Source: Hormiphora californensis (Eukaryota; Animalia; Ctenophora). From it: a stretch of DNA of 64,000 nucleotides. The DNA lies in assembly GCA_020137815.1 (NCBI GenBank), contig CM035359.1:2728001-2792000 (forward strand). Direction: 5' to 3'. This document shows positions 49,269 to 64,000 of the stretch, in pieces (within the stretch, counting starts at the first letter, position 1; each line of letters starts with the position of its first letter). The notes under the pieces were generated by a model. That model was not told the DNA's origin and did no database searches. It worked only from the letters and a program-made list of their open reading frames with translations. The translations under genes and the position numbers were made by a program.

Positions 49269-51534
49269 CCCCCTCTCTCTCTCCCCCCTCTCTCTCTCTT
49301 TATAAATGCATATATCTCTCCTGTATTGTCCACAGTCTCCAGTGAGTTAACTGTGTGTGTCTGTCTTTTTGTCTTTGTCTACAGTCAAGTTAGGGAGGGG
49401 GCTGTTGGGGACAGAGAGATAAAGAGAAAATGATGGTCAAGGAATAGAGTTATAGATCATATAGCATGAGGAATGAAAAATAGAAGAGAGATTAGTGAGA
49501 TCCCAAATGAGATACAGTAGCAAAGTACAGTGAGATTTGGAATCTGCATACATAGGACAAAGCAGATCAGAAAGGGAAGACTATTTATCCGAGATGTAGG
49601 GATGGAGGATAGAGAGAGAGAGAGAGAGAGAAAAACAGGGCGATAGAATGAGAGAGATGGAGAAAGATAGTTACTCCAACTTATAATTATACGTGATCCA
49701 GGTGGCCATTGTAATAGGAGGTGCTTTTCACACACACACTGTGTGATGTGTACAATAAGACGCGTAGAGTTCAGTATTGTCTCACTGTGTGATGTGTGTA
49801 GAGTTCAGTATATTGTCTCATCATTTCAGAGTTTTACACACTCGAGTCTCTGTGTGTGTGTAAATTGAGGGGAACGTAGACAATAGAGGGAAACTAAAAA
49901 GAAAGCACAGACAGTGAGACAGTTATGAAATATGTTATGTGAGAAAAGGGTTTGTGTGGAAATTAATAGAACCTATTGGATATAGCAGGGATTTCTCATT
50001 TATATTCATTTTCAATTTTACTTTCTCAATCTCTATCTCTCTTTCTCTTCTTTCTCTGTCTCTCTCTCTCTCTCTCTCTCCATTCTCATAATAGCTCATA
50101 CTTCATTGATCTTGTATATATTATATTTCTCACACTCTGTTACTATTCTCAACTTCTCTCTGACTGTGCGGCGTGAGTTGTAATAAGTTGTATTTTACCT
50201 GGACTCCCAGGCAATATTTTGTTACTTTCGTAACCCTCGCTTCGCACCGGGCCTCCGCGAGCCGGCCGTATTCCGGCGAGCGTAATCTGACAAGCAATAT
50301 TATAATTTTGAAATAGAGAATTTAGGGCCCATATTTTATGAGGAGGGATAATTCCTCATTCAAGTAAGGGAGAGAGATACTGAGTGATAGAGGAAGAGAG
50401 ATAGGAGAAAGCTGTGTGTTACATGTGTAACAAGACACCATTTGATTTGTGACACATCCCTCCCTCACGTGTTGTGACACACTGGTCTCTAGGTTACAAC
50501 ATTCCACTCTAATTATGTAGAAATATTTATTACTATTTCCCTCCCCCTTATTCTATTTAATTCCTTACCATTCACCAGTATAGATAGATAGATATTAATA
50601 TGTACATGTTGACTGTGTTTGTATGTGTTTGTACCCCTAATACTGTGTGTGTGTCATGTGAGGGACCCTGGTTGTACAAGTGTAAGCCCCAGTGTGTTCG
50701 TTTAATACTACCATACTACTTTCCTTTGTTGTGATCAATAGAGGATACATGTCTTATTTTATTAGTGATAAGTGACGTATACAATTTAAACATCATGAAT
50801 TGTTAGGTAAGTTGTCGACGATGAAAAATTAATGTATGAGCCCCACTTGTGATTTGAGCAGTGTTATAAGCCACAAGGGAGTACATGATGAGTCTGAAAT
50901 TTTACTTTATTTCTCCGTTTGTTTATTTGTTAGAACATCTTAGGAACTGAGTCTGGACTTCGTTTCCTGCTAACTTCTATGTAACACGAGATGTGATAAC
51001 AGCTGTTTGTATGTGGGGGGGGGGAGGCTATTTTCACATGGGATCTAGGGATGAAGTGTTTCAATGTTCACAGCTTACTATCATTTTACCAGGGTGTTTT
51101 CCGATTACACATAGCTTCTTCTTGAATTATATCCAGACATTGTATAAAACATGACCTCAGTTATAAAGAAGGAGGGAGAAGGTTTCCAGTTTCACACACA
51201 TTAATCATAAGTACAGTTGAGACTTGAGCCTCACAAGTTTTACGTGTTGGGGTGGTGATCTAATAAAGGCGTAATAAGGGGTTTGTGTGAAGGCAGAAGT
51301 GAGGTGTTTTGGGTGATTTATGTCTGGAGTAGATTATCAATATATACCGTGCCTCGTTTCCGCGGCTTGTAACTTGTTTGCTGTTTTGTAGATCTCCAGC
51401 TGTATTACATATTGTGACTTGTGTCACATCTGCCAAACCTAGTTATTAGTAACATAACCCAACCCGATTGTAACTAATTTTAATATATTCTTTCCTTGTA
51501 TCTCTCTCTATCCATCTCCCTCCATCTCTTTCCC

Positions 51535-51567
<33 letters not shown>

Positions 51568-52366
51568 TTCTCCCTCCATCTCTCTCTCTATCCATCTCCC
51601 TCCATCTCTTTCCCTCTGTCTCATACGCCCTTTTGTATAACTGAGCTCCAATAGCGCAATGCGTGACCGTAGGAAAAGTATGCTTTTTCTCGCTCACTGA
51701 TTGAGAAAAAGCATGCCTTTCCACGAACTGTTAGTTTTATAAGTTGTATGTATTTTTAGTTATATTCCCAAATTAGGGAAGCTTTTGATCTTGGGTGGGG
51801 CTAGGAGTATGAACATAGTAATGATATTATATTGCATAATGTCTACATATATGATATATATCAAGCATATATACCTGCACCCTGCAGGAGTTGGTGACGA
51901 TTGAGATTGTATCTTGAATACGTATCGTGCAATGACGCAGGCTGCACAACATGGGATTTGTGCATTATATGAGAGAGGGGGAGATATGACTTAATGCAAT
52001 ATCTCGTTTTGTTTAACTATATCTTGTGTGGACTGCAGCATTAGTGTCCACATAGTATTATATTGGCGTAGACTCGACAGAGTACAATCAATAATAATTA
52101 AGAGTTAAATCTATGTTTAATAATTAGAGTTAAATCGGAATGTGTACTCAACGTAGTTCTTAGAATGGTCGTTTAGTCGCCAGACAGGCCTCTTCGAGAG
52201 AAGAATATATTCATCTTTCTTCCATACTTTCTCAAAGTCTAATATGTGTATCTCCCAGAGCTGCTCTAATAATATGACTCATGTCCGCAAATATATCCAA
52301 TATAATGTGACACCACACACTCTATCTCTCTTTCACTCTCTCGCTCTCTCTCTTTCTCTCTCTCTC

Positions 52367-52477
<111 letters not shown>

Positions 52478-52611
52478 TTCTCTCTCTCTCTCTCTATCGC
52501 TGTCACTCTCTCTCCTCCCGTTCTTTCCCTTGTAGCCAGCAGTAGTAGCATATCATTATAACATGATGTTACCTTTTACCCATTTCTCTAAAAGAGTTTG
52601 TTTAACTGCCA

Positions 52612-52876
52612 TGACTAAACCTACTATTTGCCAACTAAACCTACTATTTGCCAACTAAACCTACTATTTGCCAACTAAACCTACTATTTGCCAAGTAAAC
52701 CTACTATATTTGCCAACTAAACCTACTATATTTGCCAACTAAACCTACTATTTACCAACTAAACCTACTATTTGCCAAGTAAACCTACTATATTTGCCAT
52801 GACTAAACCTACTATTTGCCAAGTAAACCTACTATATTTGCCAACTAAACCTACTATTTGTCAACTAAACCTATTT
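52612..52876. repeat. 20-22-bp minisatellite
   Basis: ACTAAACCTACTA(TA)TTTGCCA repeated about 12 times. Confidence 0.85.
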
Positions 52877-53508
52877 GAGTCGTGTTATTATTTTACCACT
52901 CTATTGTCCAATTCATTTCTATTCTTAGATTGTAGCCTCACATATTGTATCAACACACATATTCTATTTGTGCTAATAACACAATGAACCAATAGATATT
53001 GTACAGACCCCTATTTATCAGTCCCTATTTACCCTATAAACAGTTCACCCCGTTTCACGCTGATATCGGCCCCGGGCAGTGGGCATCGGTGTTCGACTGT
53101 ATCATGACTGCTAGCTTTGTAAATTCTAGCCCATTCAATATTCATGATACAATTATGCCCCTTGCTCAAACCTCCCTGATACAATGCCTTGCTCGAACCT
53201 CCCTGATTAGATACAATACCTTGTTCGAACCTCTCTCAACGGAGCGTGCATGGATTCTTTGCACTAAAAGTATGTACGCGGATAATTTTTGGTGGTTCAC
53301 GAGGGTATTGTTCTCCTTGGATCTTTTCTTCTTAAATCTCAACCTGGATCTGAGTTTTCATGTTCTCTTTGATCTCTCTCTCTTTCAAACACTCCCTTTG
53401 AATAGTTCTCTCTGTCTCTTTCTTCTCTCCCAGTTTCTTCATTTTTTCTCTCTCTTTCTCTCTCTCTTAGTACATAGCTAATGACAGTAATCATGAGTGC
53501 TGTAAAGA

Positions 53509-53573
<65 letters not shown>

Positions 53574-53926
53574 TAGAGACGAGAGGAGAGAGGAGAGGAG
53601 AGTAGAGAGAGCAGAGAGGAGAGAGAGAGAGGAGAGAGGAGGAGAGAGAGGAGAGAGAGAGAGAGAGAGGGAGGAGAGAGAGAGATAGAGAGAGAGAGAG
53701 GAGAGGAGAGAGAGAAGAGAAGAGAAAGAAGAAGAGATAGGAGAGGAGAGAGAGAGAGAAGAGGAGAGAGAGAGAGATAGAGAGAGAGATGCAGCAACAA
53801 GAGAAGATTGGTAAGAAGATCACAGACAGGAAGACCAAGTAAAGCTAGTAAAGCAGAAAAAAAGGAGTTGAGTGTGGTTTCAATTTACTCTCTCTCTCTC
53901 TCCTCTCTCTCTCTCTCATATCTCTC

Positions 53927-53959
<33 letters not shown>

Positions 53960-54044
53960 CATCATCGTCTCTCATCGTCTCTCTCTCTCTCTCCTCTCTC
54001 TCTTCTCTCTCTTCTCTCTCTCTCTTCTCTCTCTCTCTCTAATC

Positions 54045-57000
54045 AATGGTAAGAAATGCCCTGACAAGCACCTTCTGGCCTGTAAAAAGTTTCTCAAATT
54101 TGGTACCTCTGAGAATGGTTGCACTGCCACAGACTGTCAGCTATTCCACCCAAAACTCTGTCGTTTCATTCAGTCCAATGCCAGTTGTTTTGATGTCAAA
54201 TGCAAATCCTATCATCCGTTCAGTTTTAATAAGGCACGGAGGGATGCTATCAAGGCCAAGGCAACTAGGGAAAAGTCATCAACTGGGACGAGTAAGAGAA
54301 ATGACAAATCTCGAAATAAGAAGAAGCCGCCCGTTGAGAGTAGAAATGAGAGAAAGAACAAGAGGTCAAATACTGAGAACTCGGATTTTCAAAAGCTCCA
54401 GGATCTGATATCCAAGTTAATAGTCAGGATGGACTCGTTAGAGAAGAGAGTCGAGGAGATACCCCGAGAGAGGATGCCGAGTTCGGAATCGATAAATCCA
54501 TCCCAATTCCAAAAGGTACCTATCCCTCAACCTCAGCCGTTCCTGAATCCGTGGCAGGCGTGGAATGCCCCACGCCAGTTCGCTCAACCTGCATGTTACT
54601 AAATGCCGGCGGCTTTAATCCAGGAGCAAACAGTAACACTAGGTGGAAAAGAGATGTCCTATGTCAGGAGTTGATCAGCCTCAATGAGAAGGGTGTTAAT
54701 GTGCCCTTTATTGGTATCACTGAGTCCTGGCTAAAGGATTTTCATCTAGATGCCCAAGTGCTATTCCTGGGTATGCTGTTTGTACGTGCAGACAGGTCAA
54801 ACCGGCAGGGTGGTGGGGCGCTACTCTATGTAGATGAGGGTATCCCAATGGAATGGTCATCTAGCTTTGATGACGGGAGGTGTGAAGCACTGTTTTGCAG
54901 ATTTCCTCGTGTTCTATGAGCGTTGCTGTGATCTACCGACCCCCCTGATACACCCATCCTCAAGTTTTATTAACTCCCTTGATTTCTTGAAAAAACAGAT
55001 AGAGAGAATAGACCCAGGTGACGATTTAGTTATCATGGGTGACTTTAATCTTCCGGTCATCAACTGGGATACTATAATATAGGTGGTAGGTCTGCTGAGA
55101 ATACCCGGTCGGCTCAGGCGTTGCTAGATTTTATGGGATCTAATTTTTCCTAGAACAGTTTGTTAACCTACCTACTAGGGGTTCAAATATACTCGACCTG
55201 TTCTTGTCTAACCGGGAGAGTTTAGTGGAAAATGTGAGAGTGGTACCCACAGAGATTTCTGATCATAATTTGGTATCAGTAGGTCTCACTTTCCATCCAG
55301 TCTGCCCGAAACAGAGAAGGAGAATCAAGCCAGAGTCTTTTCGATCATTGGACTTTCATAACGGCGATTTTGATCTTCTCCGTGAGAAACTCAGTGAGAT
55401 AGATTGGGTTGGTCTCCGACAGGCTACTGATTTTGAATCCTTTCCCTCGGTTTTTCTACCGCTTTACCAAGTATGCTGTGGTGTCCTTCCCGAAGGTTAA
55501 GATCCTCGTGGCAGACCAAATTGTTTTAACAAGCTACGTAGACGGAAAAGAAAAATAAGATGTCGGATAGCTGCTATGTTAGAGAAGGGTCAGATTGCGC
55601 GGGCTGAGGAGTTATCAGATGAGCTCTCCAAGGTGTGCTTAGAAATCAGAGATCGAGTCTTGGCCAGAAAGGACCAGCATGAGAGGCGGGCCGTGGACAA
55701 GATAAAATCTGACCCACGATTCTTCTACTCCTTTGCGAAAATGTTTGCAAAAGGTGTATCCAGTATCCCTGTTATCACGGATATCAATGGAAAAACAACC
55801 ACTGACACTAAGAAATTGCCGATCTCTTTCAAAATCAATTCTGCAGTGTGTTCAGTAACCCAGACAACCCCAATACCCAGGATCCGGTCTTTGAATGCCC
55901 GGTATTAAATTGGAAGACCTGGGAATCACGCTGAGTGATGACGACATTATCAAAGCGTGTAAGGATCTGGTGACAACCTCCTCTTCAGGACCTGATGGTG
56001 TTCCTGCAAAGATCCTGAAGGAGGCTGCGGAGGCTCTGTCAGTACCCATTGGCCTTATTTGGAGAGAATCTATGGACCTGAGAGTAGTGCCCGAGTTTTA
56101 CAAGATGGGCTATGTAGTCCCCCTGTTTAAGAAAGGCGATAGATCTTCTCTGAAAAATTACAGACCTGTAACCTTGACAAGCCATGTGATAAAGATTCAC
56201 GAGCGAATCATGAGGGAACATATGGTTAATTATTTCGAGCGTAACTGGGCTTTCTATCAAGCGTCAGCACGGCTTCAGAGCGGGGAGGTCCACACTGACC
56301 CAATTATTGGGCCACTTCGACTGGGTGCTAAATCCCTATGTGATGGAAACGACACAGACACAGTCTACCCTGGACTATTCCCGTGCCTTCGACAATGGTA
56401 GACATACGACTCCTCCTCCTCAAGATCAGAAGATATGGAGTGCATCCACAGATTGTGGATTGGCCTGGAGTCATTTCTGTCTGGCCGGAAACAAAACGGT
56501 TGTGCTAGAAGGGTGTCAACTCAGTAATAGCAGTAATCATCAGCGGTTGTCCCTCAGGGGACGGTGCTGGGCCCCCTCTTATTCTTGATATTTCTGAATG
56601 ATTTGGAGGGTGAAGTGCTTGATGCCCTTCTAAGCTTCTTTGCTGATGACTCCAGAGTGGGCATGGAAATCTCTGATAAGAGGATTGCGAGAAGTTACAG
56701 AAAGACTTGGATCGTGTGCATCAGTGGCTGAAAGAATAATAATGAAGCTCAATGAAGAGAAATATGAGTTAATGGGTGCATCGTCACAATCGCTCATCTC
56801 TCATGAACCACATGCCGATGGTCTGCGGTGTACTACTACACTAGTGGTTGAGAGATCCTTCTACCATCTGCATCAGCTCAGAGACTTGGGCGTTACAGTC
56901 TTCTGAGATCTCTCCTGGAGGCCGCATTATGTCAATCCTGACCACAAGAGGCAGAAGAATGTCCCAGTGGATACTCAGCGTTTTTTAGTGGCAGAGATAC

Positions 57001-57170
57001 AGTCCTCATGATAACTCTCTATAAGAGCCTAGTGAGGAGCACAATGGAGTATTGCTCTCCTCTGTGGTGCACCCAATTGGGTCGTGAACATACAGCTCCT
57101 TGAATCGGTTCAAAGAAAGGTTTCTCTGCCAAGATTTTCTGGTCTTCAGGAACAGTGACTACTGGGAACG
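54045..57170 (+). mobile_element. CR1/L2-group LINE with ORF1 3' part and frameshifted ORF2 (APE + RT)
   Basis: ORF1 remnant with Cys/His fingers (CPDKH..ACKKF...GC...CQLFHPKLC...C...CKSYHP). APE motifs: ITESWL, RADR...GGGALLYV, IMGDFNLP.INW, ISDHNLV. RT motifs: SSGPDGVP, VVPLFKKGDR...NYRPVTLTS, QG.VLGP.LFLIFLND, FADD. Many frameshifts. Confidence 0.88.
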
Positions 57171-58530
57171 CTAAAAATCCTTGGCGGGGTTTTAAAAAGG
57201 GCGGGGTTCCTCGGGAATGAAAGCCTGGTTAAAAACCCCAGATCGCCTTCTACAAACCCGGGCCCCGGGCCACGAAGCCGGCTACTGACCTGCAAGTCAA
57301 ACAAGACCCCAATGTCTCTAACTACATTGCTCAGGGGGCCATGGCGGAATCTTGCAAAGACCTTCGAGAACCAACAGGTGAATTAAAGGGACCGATAGTT
57401 CCTTGTAAGTCGGCCTACGCTTCCCGGACCTACAGCAAGGAACTGCCTAGTGTGGTGCAGTAAGAGAATAGTGGGGGTTGTTAAGGGGCCTTGATTAATG
57501 CGACTACCAAAGTACAAACGTAGTCTTCTTTCTGTCTCTTCATGCCCCCAAAACCCCTCGATCACTCAAAGCCCGCTCGGGCCTGGCCCTCTTTCCCTTC
57601 TTCTTTTCCTCTCCCCCCTTTTTCCCCCCTCTCCCCCTTTTCCCTCACCCCCAAAAAACCCCCCCGGAGAAATTTGGCCGGACTCTCCTAGTCTCGTTCC
57701 CCGGTTCTGTCCTGTCCGACCGTTTCCCTACGTCATCTCTCTCTAACTCTCTCCCCCTTTTCTCCCTATCTTCCGCCTTTCCATCCCTCTATTATCCTTT
57801 CTTTACCTTTTGTCAACTTTGTTTGTTGAGTTCTTGACGTGTTGAGGCGAAGATCGATACTTGGTTGTTGGAAATTCATTGTCAATTTTCTTTCTCCCCC
57901 TTTTCTCTCTCCCCTCTCATCTTCTTCTTTTTCTCGGGCTCCGTCCCCCTTTTCTTCTCTCTCCCTCTTACTCACTCTCCCTCTAACTCACTCCTTTTCT
58001 TTCTACCAATCTCCGTCTCACAATAAAAAAACACCACCGTTTCTATACAAACAACCATTTATTTTTATAATGGAACTTTGTTTGTGATTTTAATGTTGCT
58101 CAATTTGTTCTTGGAAACCGGAAATGTGGTTTGGGATTCTGGGAAACCAATATATCCCGTTTGTTTTCTTCTAATCTCTTGCTTGCCCTTTATGTAGTTG
58201 TATCCTTGTGCGTACTCAGTGTTTACTTTTGTATCCTTTTGTGATATATATACCGTTTGGTATGCATAACTTTCTATTGCTTTGTACATGTTCTACACCA
58301 ATAACCATCCCCCACGTAAAATAAGTTCCCTTCTAAATCCACGTGCTTTGCAAAATCAGCAACCCTGATCTTATTTTTTATTCTCTCTGTTATTTCTTCT
58401 CTGCAAATAATATATGCTTTGGATGTTTGTATGTGAGAGATGGGAAGAATTACATATGATTGCTAGACTTAGCGAGAAGAGATGGAGTGAGAGATAGAGA
58501 GAGAGAGAGAGGGAGAGAGAGAGAAAGAGA

Positions 58531-58651
<121 letters not shown>

Positions 58652-59922
58652 CACATTCTCTTCCTAATGATGTGATGAGACATAGCTTGTGATGGTGTCT
58701 CCCCCGTGACTCATGGCTGGCTAGTACGCTGTTTCTCACAACATTCAGTTCAGTTCTAGTAATTTACTAACTAAATTTGTTCTTGGATCTGTTTTTTGTA
58801 GCGCACAAAAATGTCGGTCTTCTTGTGTTCTTATACCATGTCATTACCCTTCCCATCTTTCCCTCTCTCCTCCCACTCTCCTCCCTCGCTCCTCCCCCTC
58901 TCTCCTCTCTCCTCTCTCCTCACTCTCTCCTCACTCTCTCCTCACTCTCTCTCCTCCCTCGCTCCTCCCATCTCCTCCCATCTTCCTCTACCCTGGAGGC
59001 TGGTCTACTACCAAAGACACATCGCCGATCATTCACGTGTATATTGATTAGTTTGCAATTAACCGATCCATGTCTTAGATCCAGTATTCTCTCTTCTCTT
59101 TTTGATCCAGTATTCTCTCTCCTGATCTCTGATCCAGTACTCTCTCCTCTTTGCATCCAGACTCTCTTTGTATGTGTGGCCACGTGGTGGTGAGGAAGTC
59201 TAGCAATCTACCAGCTTCTTTCCCTCAAGTTTACATTATTTGAGCAGTCGATTGTCGAACTTGGCTCTTACTACCAAACTAAACAGTAGTTTTCCTTTGT
59301 GGAACTTGGCTCTTATTTTATTAGATGCTTTTAATTTTTTCCCCATCAAAAGTGAGTGAGAAAGTGAGAGAGAGAAAGCTAGTGTGATCTGTCAGTAGCA
59401 TGCTATTGATTCCCAGTGGAATTTATAACTTCAACAGCTAAGATGTATTATTGTTAGTTCCTGAGTGTAAAGCTACTAGATCGATAGATTCGCAGAAGCC
59501 CGACCGATCTTATCCATGTGCACATAATCATGGGATAAGTACAAACGTTGGGCTTCGCGAATCGCCTCATGTTGACTAGCTAATGAGACTGTATACGCTT
59601 TTCGATCTGTTCTAACCGGCCATGATAGCAGGGAGCACCAACCACTCTTTTCCCCACAAGCCTGTGGATCTTCGAGAAACTGTTTTGAGTGCCTTTTGTT
59701 TTTAGTGTGACTAGCGATTTTCCTCGCACGGGGACGGACTAAATTACGGACTGTTTTATAGTGTGTTTTCCATTATTTTGTTCAATATTAAATTTTTTCA
59801 ATCAAAAATCAATCAATCTAACCAACCATATATTGATAGCAGATGTGATATAGGAACAGCTGGGATACTATAACATGGGATCATCACTGCAGTATAAAAA
59901 GTGAAGATGATGAGACAGTACA

Positions 59923-62211
59923 ATGGACAATGGAACTACTAATAAAACTAAAGCAGAGTCAATATTCGACTCTTTCCTTTATACAGGTGAATATCTCTAC
60001 CTCCCTCCCTCTCTCTCTCCATCTCTTTTTTCATCCTCTCTCTCCTCCGTCTCCCTTTCCCTCGACTCTCCCTCCCTCTGAAGACTCATCAATTCAACCC
60101 TTCCCCATTTCCCGACAGATCAAACGCTAGTTGAGGCACTAAAACTATTCGGGGAACTAAAGGAATGTCTGGGATTACAAAATACACCCCAAAACCAATT
60201 ATTCAGGTAACAATTCTGCTAATTAGTTAATTAATTAATTAGTAATCATATACATTTTTAATCCTAATTGACATTTGATTTATCACATAACAACCAGGTT
60301 TTAGAAAGCTAATCTTCCCTTTTTTCAGTTCACTAAAAAAGTCCTTCACCTCCTGGAAAACCACCTCATTCTTTGAGATACTACAACGCCGTATCAATGT
60401 TAAGGACTACGCCAGTACAGTACCAATATGTGGGGGTACCAACATGTTTATTGTTGGAGCTGGTAAGTAGATACACCCAGATTTACCGGGATGCTTGGGG
60501 AAATCGGGGTGTCCGGTATATCGGGGTCTTACTCATTATTAGACATTTCTTACAAATGCTAAATATGGCTATGAGGTTACTTGTAACAGTTACACACTAG
60601 CAAAGTATGGAATTGTAGCGACACTTACTTGACCTAATTCTGTGTCCACATTTGAAGATACAAATGTACTGTATTAATTTACTGGGTTTGTTGGGGGGAC
60701 GGGTCTGGGTTTCGTAAATCTAAACGGGTTTTAGATCGAGATAACAAAACGAGTTTTAGTTATATTTTGGATTTTAACTAACAACGTCTATTCCTATAGG
60801 TCCCTGTGGGTTGAGATGCGCTATAGAAGCAGCACTTTGTGGCATTAATGTTACTGTCGTGGAAAAGAGGTCTGAGTTTACAAGAAACAATGTTCTTCAC
60901 TTGTGGCCCTATTTGATTCATGATCTGAGGAATTTGGGAATTAAAAAGTTGTACGGGAAATTCTGTGCTGGATCACTTGACCACATCAGTAAGTTGTTCT
61001 AACTAAGGTACTATTCACGATCTATGATCGATGGATGTTTGAGGATTCGCTTCGGTTCCACTTCTCTAAATCTCCTACTTCTCAACACATCCCCGGGTCG
61101 CACTAAACGGCCCATTCTCTCAGGTATCAGGCGACTTCAACTCATCCTACTCAAGCTATGTCTCGTGTTGGGTGTATCAGTTCACATTAACACTGGATAC
61201 GTTGAGTTTCTAGAGCCGTGTGCCACTACAGGGTGGAGGGTGGTTGTTAAACCTGCTAATGTGGAGATTGAGAGTATTGATTTTCATGTAAGTCATGTGC
61301 AGCATCAATGATATATCGAGATATTGTCTCACTCTGAGAGCAGTAAGGGAGAATTACCGAGAGAGAAAAATTATAGCTCTCTCGGTGATCTTACTGCTAG
61401 TTACCACTAATGCGGGGTACGTCTCATTTGTCCTGTCAACTATCTAGTTAGATGAATCGAGTCACGAGAGAGACCCTGTCCCCTGGGGCGGAGAGGGAGC
61501 ATCAAAGAAAGAGCGAGAATCGGAGAGAGAATCTTAAATCTATCGGAGAGAGAGAGAGAGAGAAAGAGAGAGAAAGAGAGAGAAAGAGAGAGTCCCATGC
61601 AAAAAAGGCCCCCTTGGCAACTGCCGCCCTTTTTGAACTCTACTGTAACGCGCGGTGAACTCTCGACAAGTTGTCAGCACTTGCCGCACGCGCGTTTCCT
61701 TGCACGTGAAATCAGAATTGTGAAGTGTTTTGCGAGTTCAGACCTGCATTTCGGAAACTGGCAGGTTTTTCCGTTTTGGCTGTCTTTTTCGTCTTCCTGT
61801 TTTCACTGTCAGTATATTTCAGGTGCTGGTAGGGGCTGATGGGAAACGAAATTCTATCCCTGGGTTCCAGAGAAAGGAGTTTCGAGCTAAACTAGCTATC
61901 GGTGAGTTTTGGGGGCATTAATTCTTTCGCTTCGGCTGTCTAGCGGCTTCGACCCGATCTGAGCACAATCAAATCGGAGCCGCCAGACAGAACATCGGTT
62001 AGGGTAACTAAGTGTTCCTTGTATTGGAGCACATTCCTATTACCTACTCTAGTGTCACCTAGTACCACCCTTTCTCTCCCCTAGTATCACCTATAGTATC
62101 ACCTATTACATTCTCTCCCCACTAGGTATCACTGCTAACTTTGTTAATAAGAACACAGACGAAGAGGCAAAGATTGAGGAGATTAGTGGTGTAGCTGCAC
62201 TGTTTAATCAG
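59923..62211 (+). CDS. MICAL: MICAL-family F-actin monooxygenase, N-terminal FAD domain exons (gene continues beyond the window)
   Basis: Exons 59923-59986, 60119-60206, 60329-60462, 60800-60988, 61124-61287, 61823-61901 and 62126-62211 splice in frame: [62 protein letters not shown]...[28 protein letters not shown]. Confidence 0.93.
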
Positions 62212-62235
62212 GTAAGTTATTTTCATCCCTTTTTA

Positions 62236-63028
62236 TAGTAGAGTCGATAACTACATCGACCTCTCCCAATTGTTCCAGTTTTTGTCACATCTGTTTGGAG
62301 CCTCGACACGACCTCTAAACAGGTGTTACTTTTTCACAAACTGTTTTCATCTTGGTGTAATCAGCAGTTGAAATGTTGCTGATCATAACAAAAACCTGAC
62401 TAAATTTTTTCAACTTGGGGTAAAACCATGGGTGTCAAAAGTTAGCTCTAGGTCCCCTGAGTAACCATCCGGAGACTCCAAGAGATATTTCAAGCCGTTC
62501 TCCTGTAATCATTAATCCCGGTAGAGCACATATTTGAGTATGGACGTACGTGCAATTGCCTACAACCTCAACTTTAATGTATAACGTTAATGTGCGTCTC
62601 TCTCTTTTCTCCCCCTTCAGAAAGAGTTATCTCGCGCGGCGCTACCGCACGTGCGGTTTTTCCAGAGAGAGTGAGAGACATACAATAACATGTAAACAGC
62701 CTGCCAGCGCTCACGTACGTCCGCATTGAATTTTTTTCTCCACCGGGATTAATGATTACGGGAGAACGGCTTGAAATATCTCTTGGAGTCTCCGGATGGT
62801 TACTCAGGGGACCTAGAGCTAACTTTTGACACCCATGGTTTTACCCCAAGTTGAAAAAATTTAGTCAGGTTTTTGTTATGATCAGCAACATTTCAACTGC
62901 TGATTACACCAAGATGAAAACAGTTTGTGAAAAAGTAACACCTGTTTAGAGGTCGTGTCGAGGCTCCAAACAGATGTGACAAAAACTGGAACAATTGGGA
63001 GAGGTCGATGTAGTTATCGACTCTACTA
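62236..63028. mobile_element. Academ-like MITE, copy 2, in a MICAL intron
   Basis: Near-identical to 47820-48612; 3-bp TSD TTA at 62233-62235 and 63029-63031. Confidence 0.82.
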
Positions 63029-63100
63029 TTATACGCTTCGGTATCCACAATTAACATCCCACCGCATCTCACTAACAGCCCATCTCCTATCCTGTCTTAA

Positions 63101-64000
63101 TAACATCCCATCTCACTAACATCCCATCTCACTAACATCCCATCTCACTAACATCCCATCTCACTAACATCCCATCTCACTAACATCCCATCTCACTAAC
63201 ATCCCATCTCACTAACATCCCATCTCACTAACATCCCATCTCACTAACATCCCATCTCACTAACATCCCGTCTCACTAACATCCCATCTCACTAACATCC
63301 CATCTCACTAACATCCCATCTCACTAACATCCCATCTCACTAACATCCCATCTCACTAACATCCCATCTCACTAACATCCCATCTCACTAACATCCCATC
63401 TCACTAACATCCCGTCTGACTAACATCCCGTCTCACTAACATCCCATCTCACTAACATCCCATCTCACTAACATCCCATCTCACTAACATCCCATCTCAC
63501 TAATATCCTGTCTCACTAACATCCTGTCTCACTAACATCCCATCTCACTAACATCCCGTCTGACTAACATCCCGTCTCACTAACATCCCATCTCACTAAC
63601 ATCCCATCTCACTAACATCCCATCTCACTAACATCCCATCTCACTAACATCCCATCTCACTAACATCCCATCTCACTAACATCCCGTCTGACTAACATCC
63701 CGTCTCACTAACATCCCATCTCACTAACATCCTGTCTCACTAACATCCCATCTCACTAACATCCCATCTCACTAACATCCCATCTCACTAACATCCCATC
63801 TCACTAACATCCCATCTCACTAACATCCCATCTCACTAACATCCCATCTCACTAACATCCCATCTCACTAACATCCCGTCTGACTAACATCCCGTCTCAC
63901 TAACATCCCATCTCACTAACATCCCATCTCACTAACATCCCATCTCACTAACATCCCATCTCACTAACATCCCGTCTCACTAACATCCCGTCTCACTAAC
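63101..64000. repeat. 16-bp minisatellite (ATCCCATCTCACTAAC)n running off the window end
   Basis: More than 50 tandem copies with recurring variants (CCCGTCTGAC, CCTGTCTCAC). Confidence 0.92.

Noticed and set aside
54551-57170. Programmed frameshifting in LINE ORF2
   Set aside because: The frameshifts are numerous and irregular, better explained by decay or consensus indel errors

Overview
Eukaryotic (animal) genomic DNA with spliceosomal GT-AG introns, dense (GA)n/(CT)n microsatellites, one 100-N gap and several homopolymer-corrupted low-quality stretches (notably 1-6200). The compact introns and TE content suggest a marine invertebrate, possibly a ctenophore; this is inference only. Two host genes can be assembled by hand: a KIF26/kinesin-11-like gene (about 32955-41895, +) and the 5' part of a MICAL monooxygenase gene (59923 to beyond 62211, +). 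The rest is transposon-rich: an intact DD37E Tc1/mariner, a CR1-like LINE, a 5'-truncated CRE-like retroelement and many palindromic MITEs. The standout is 11604-16730, a miniature Polinton/Maverick-type element with AGTAGT termini, ~520-600 bp TIRs and a 6-bp TSD (CGTCTC). It carries only a divergently arranged virion module: a double-jelly-roll major capsid-like ORF, a QxGxG/amphipathic-helix protein, a C2H2 zinc-finger protein and a minimal minor-capsid-like ORF. It has no pPolB, integrase, packaging ATPase or protease. It is ~3.76 kb once a later insertion is removed, and it is the middle layer of a three-level nested insertion. All protein family calls are from motif recognition by eye, not database searches.
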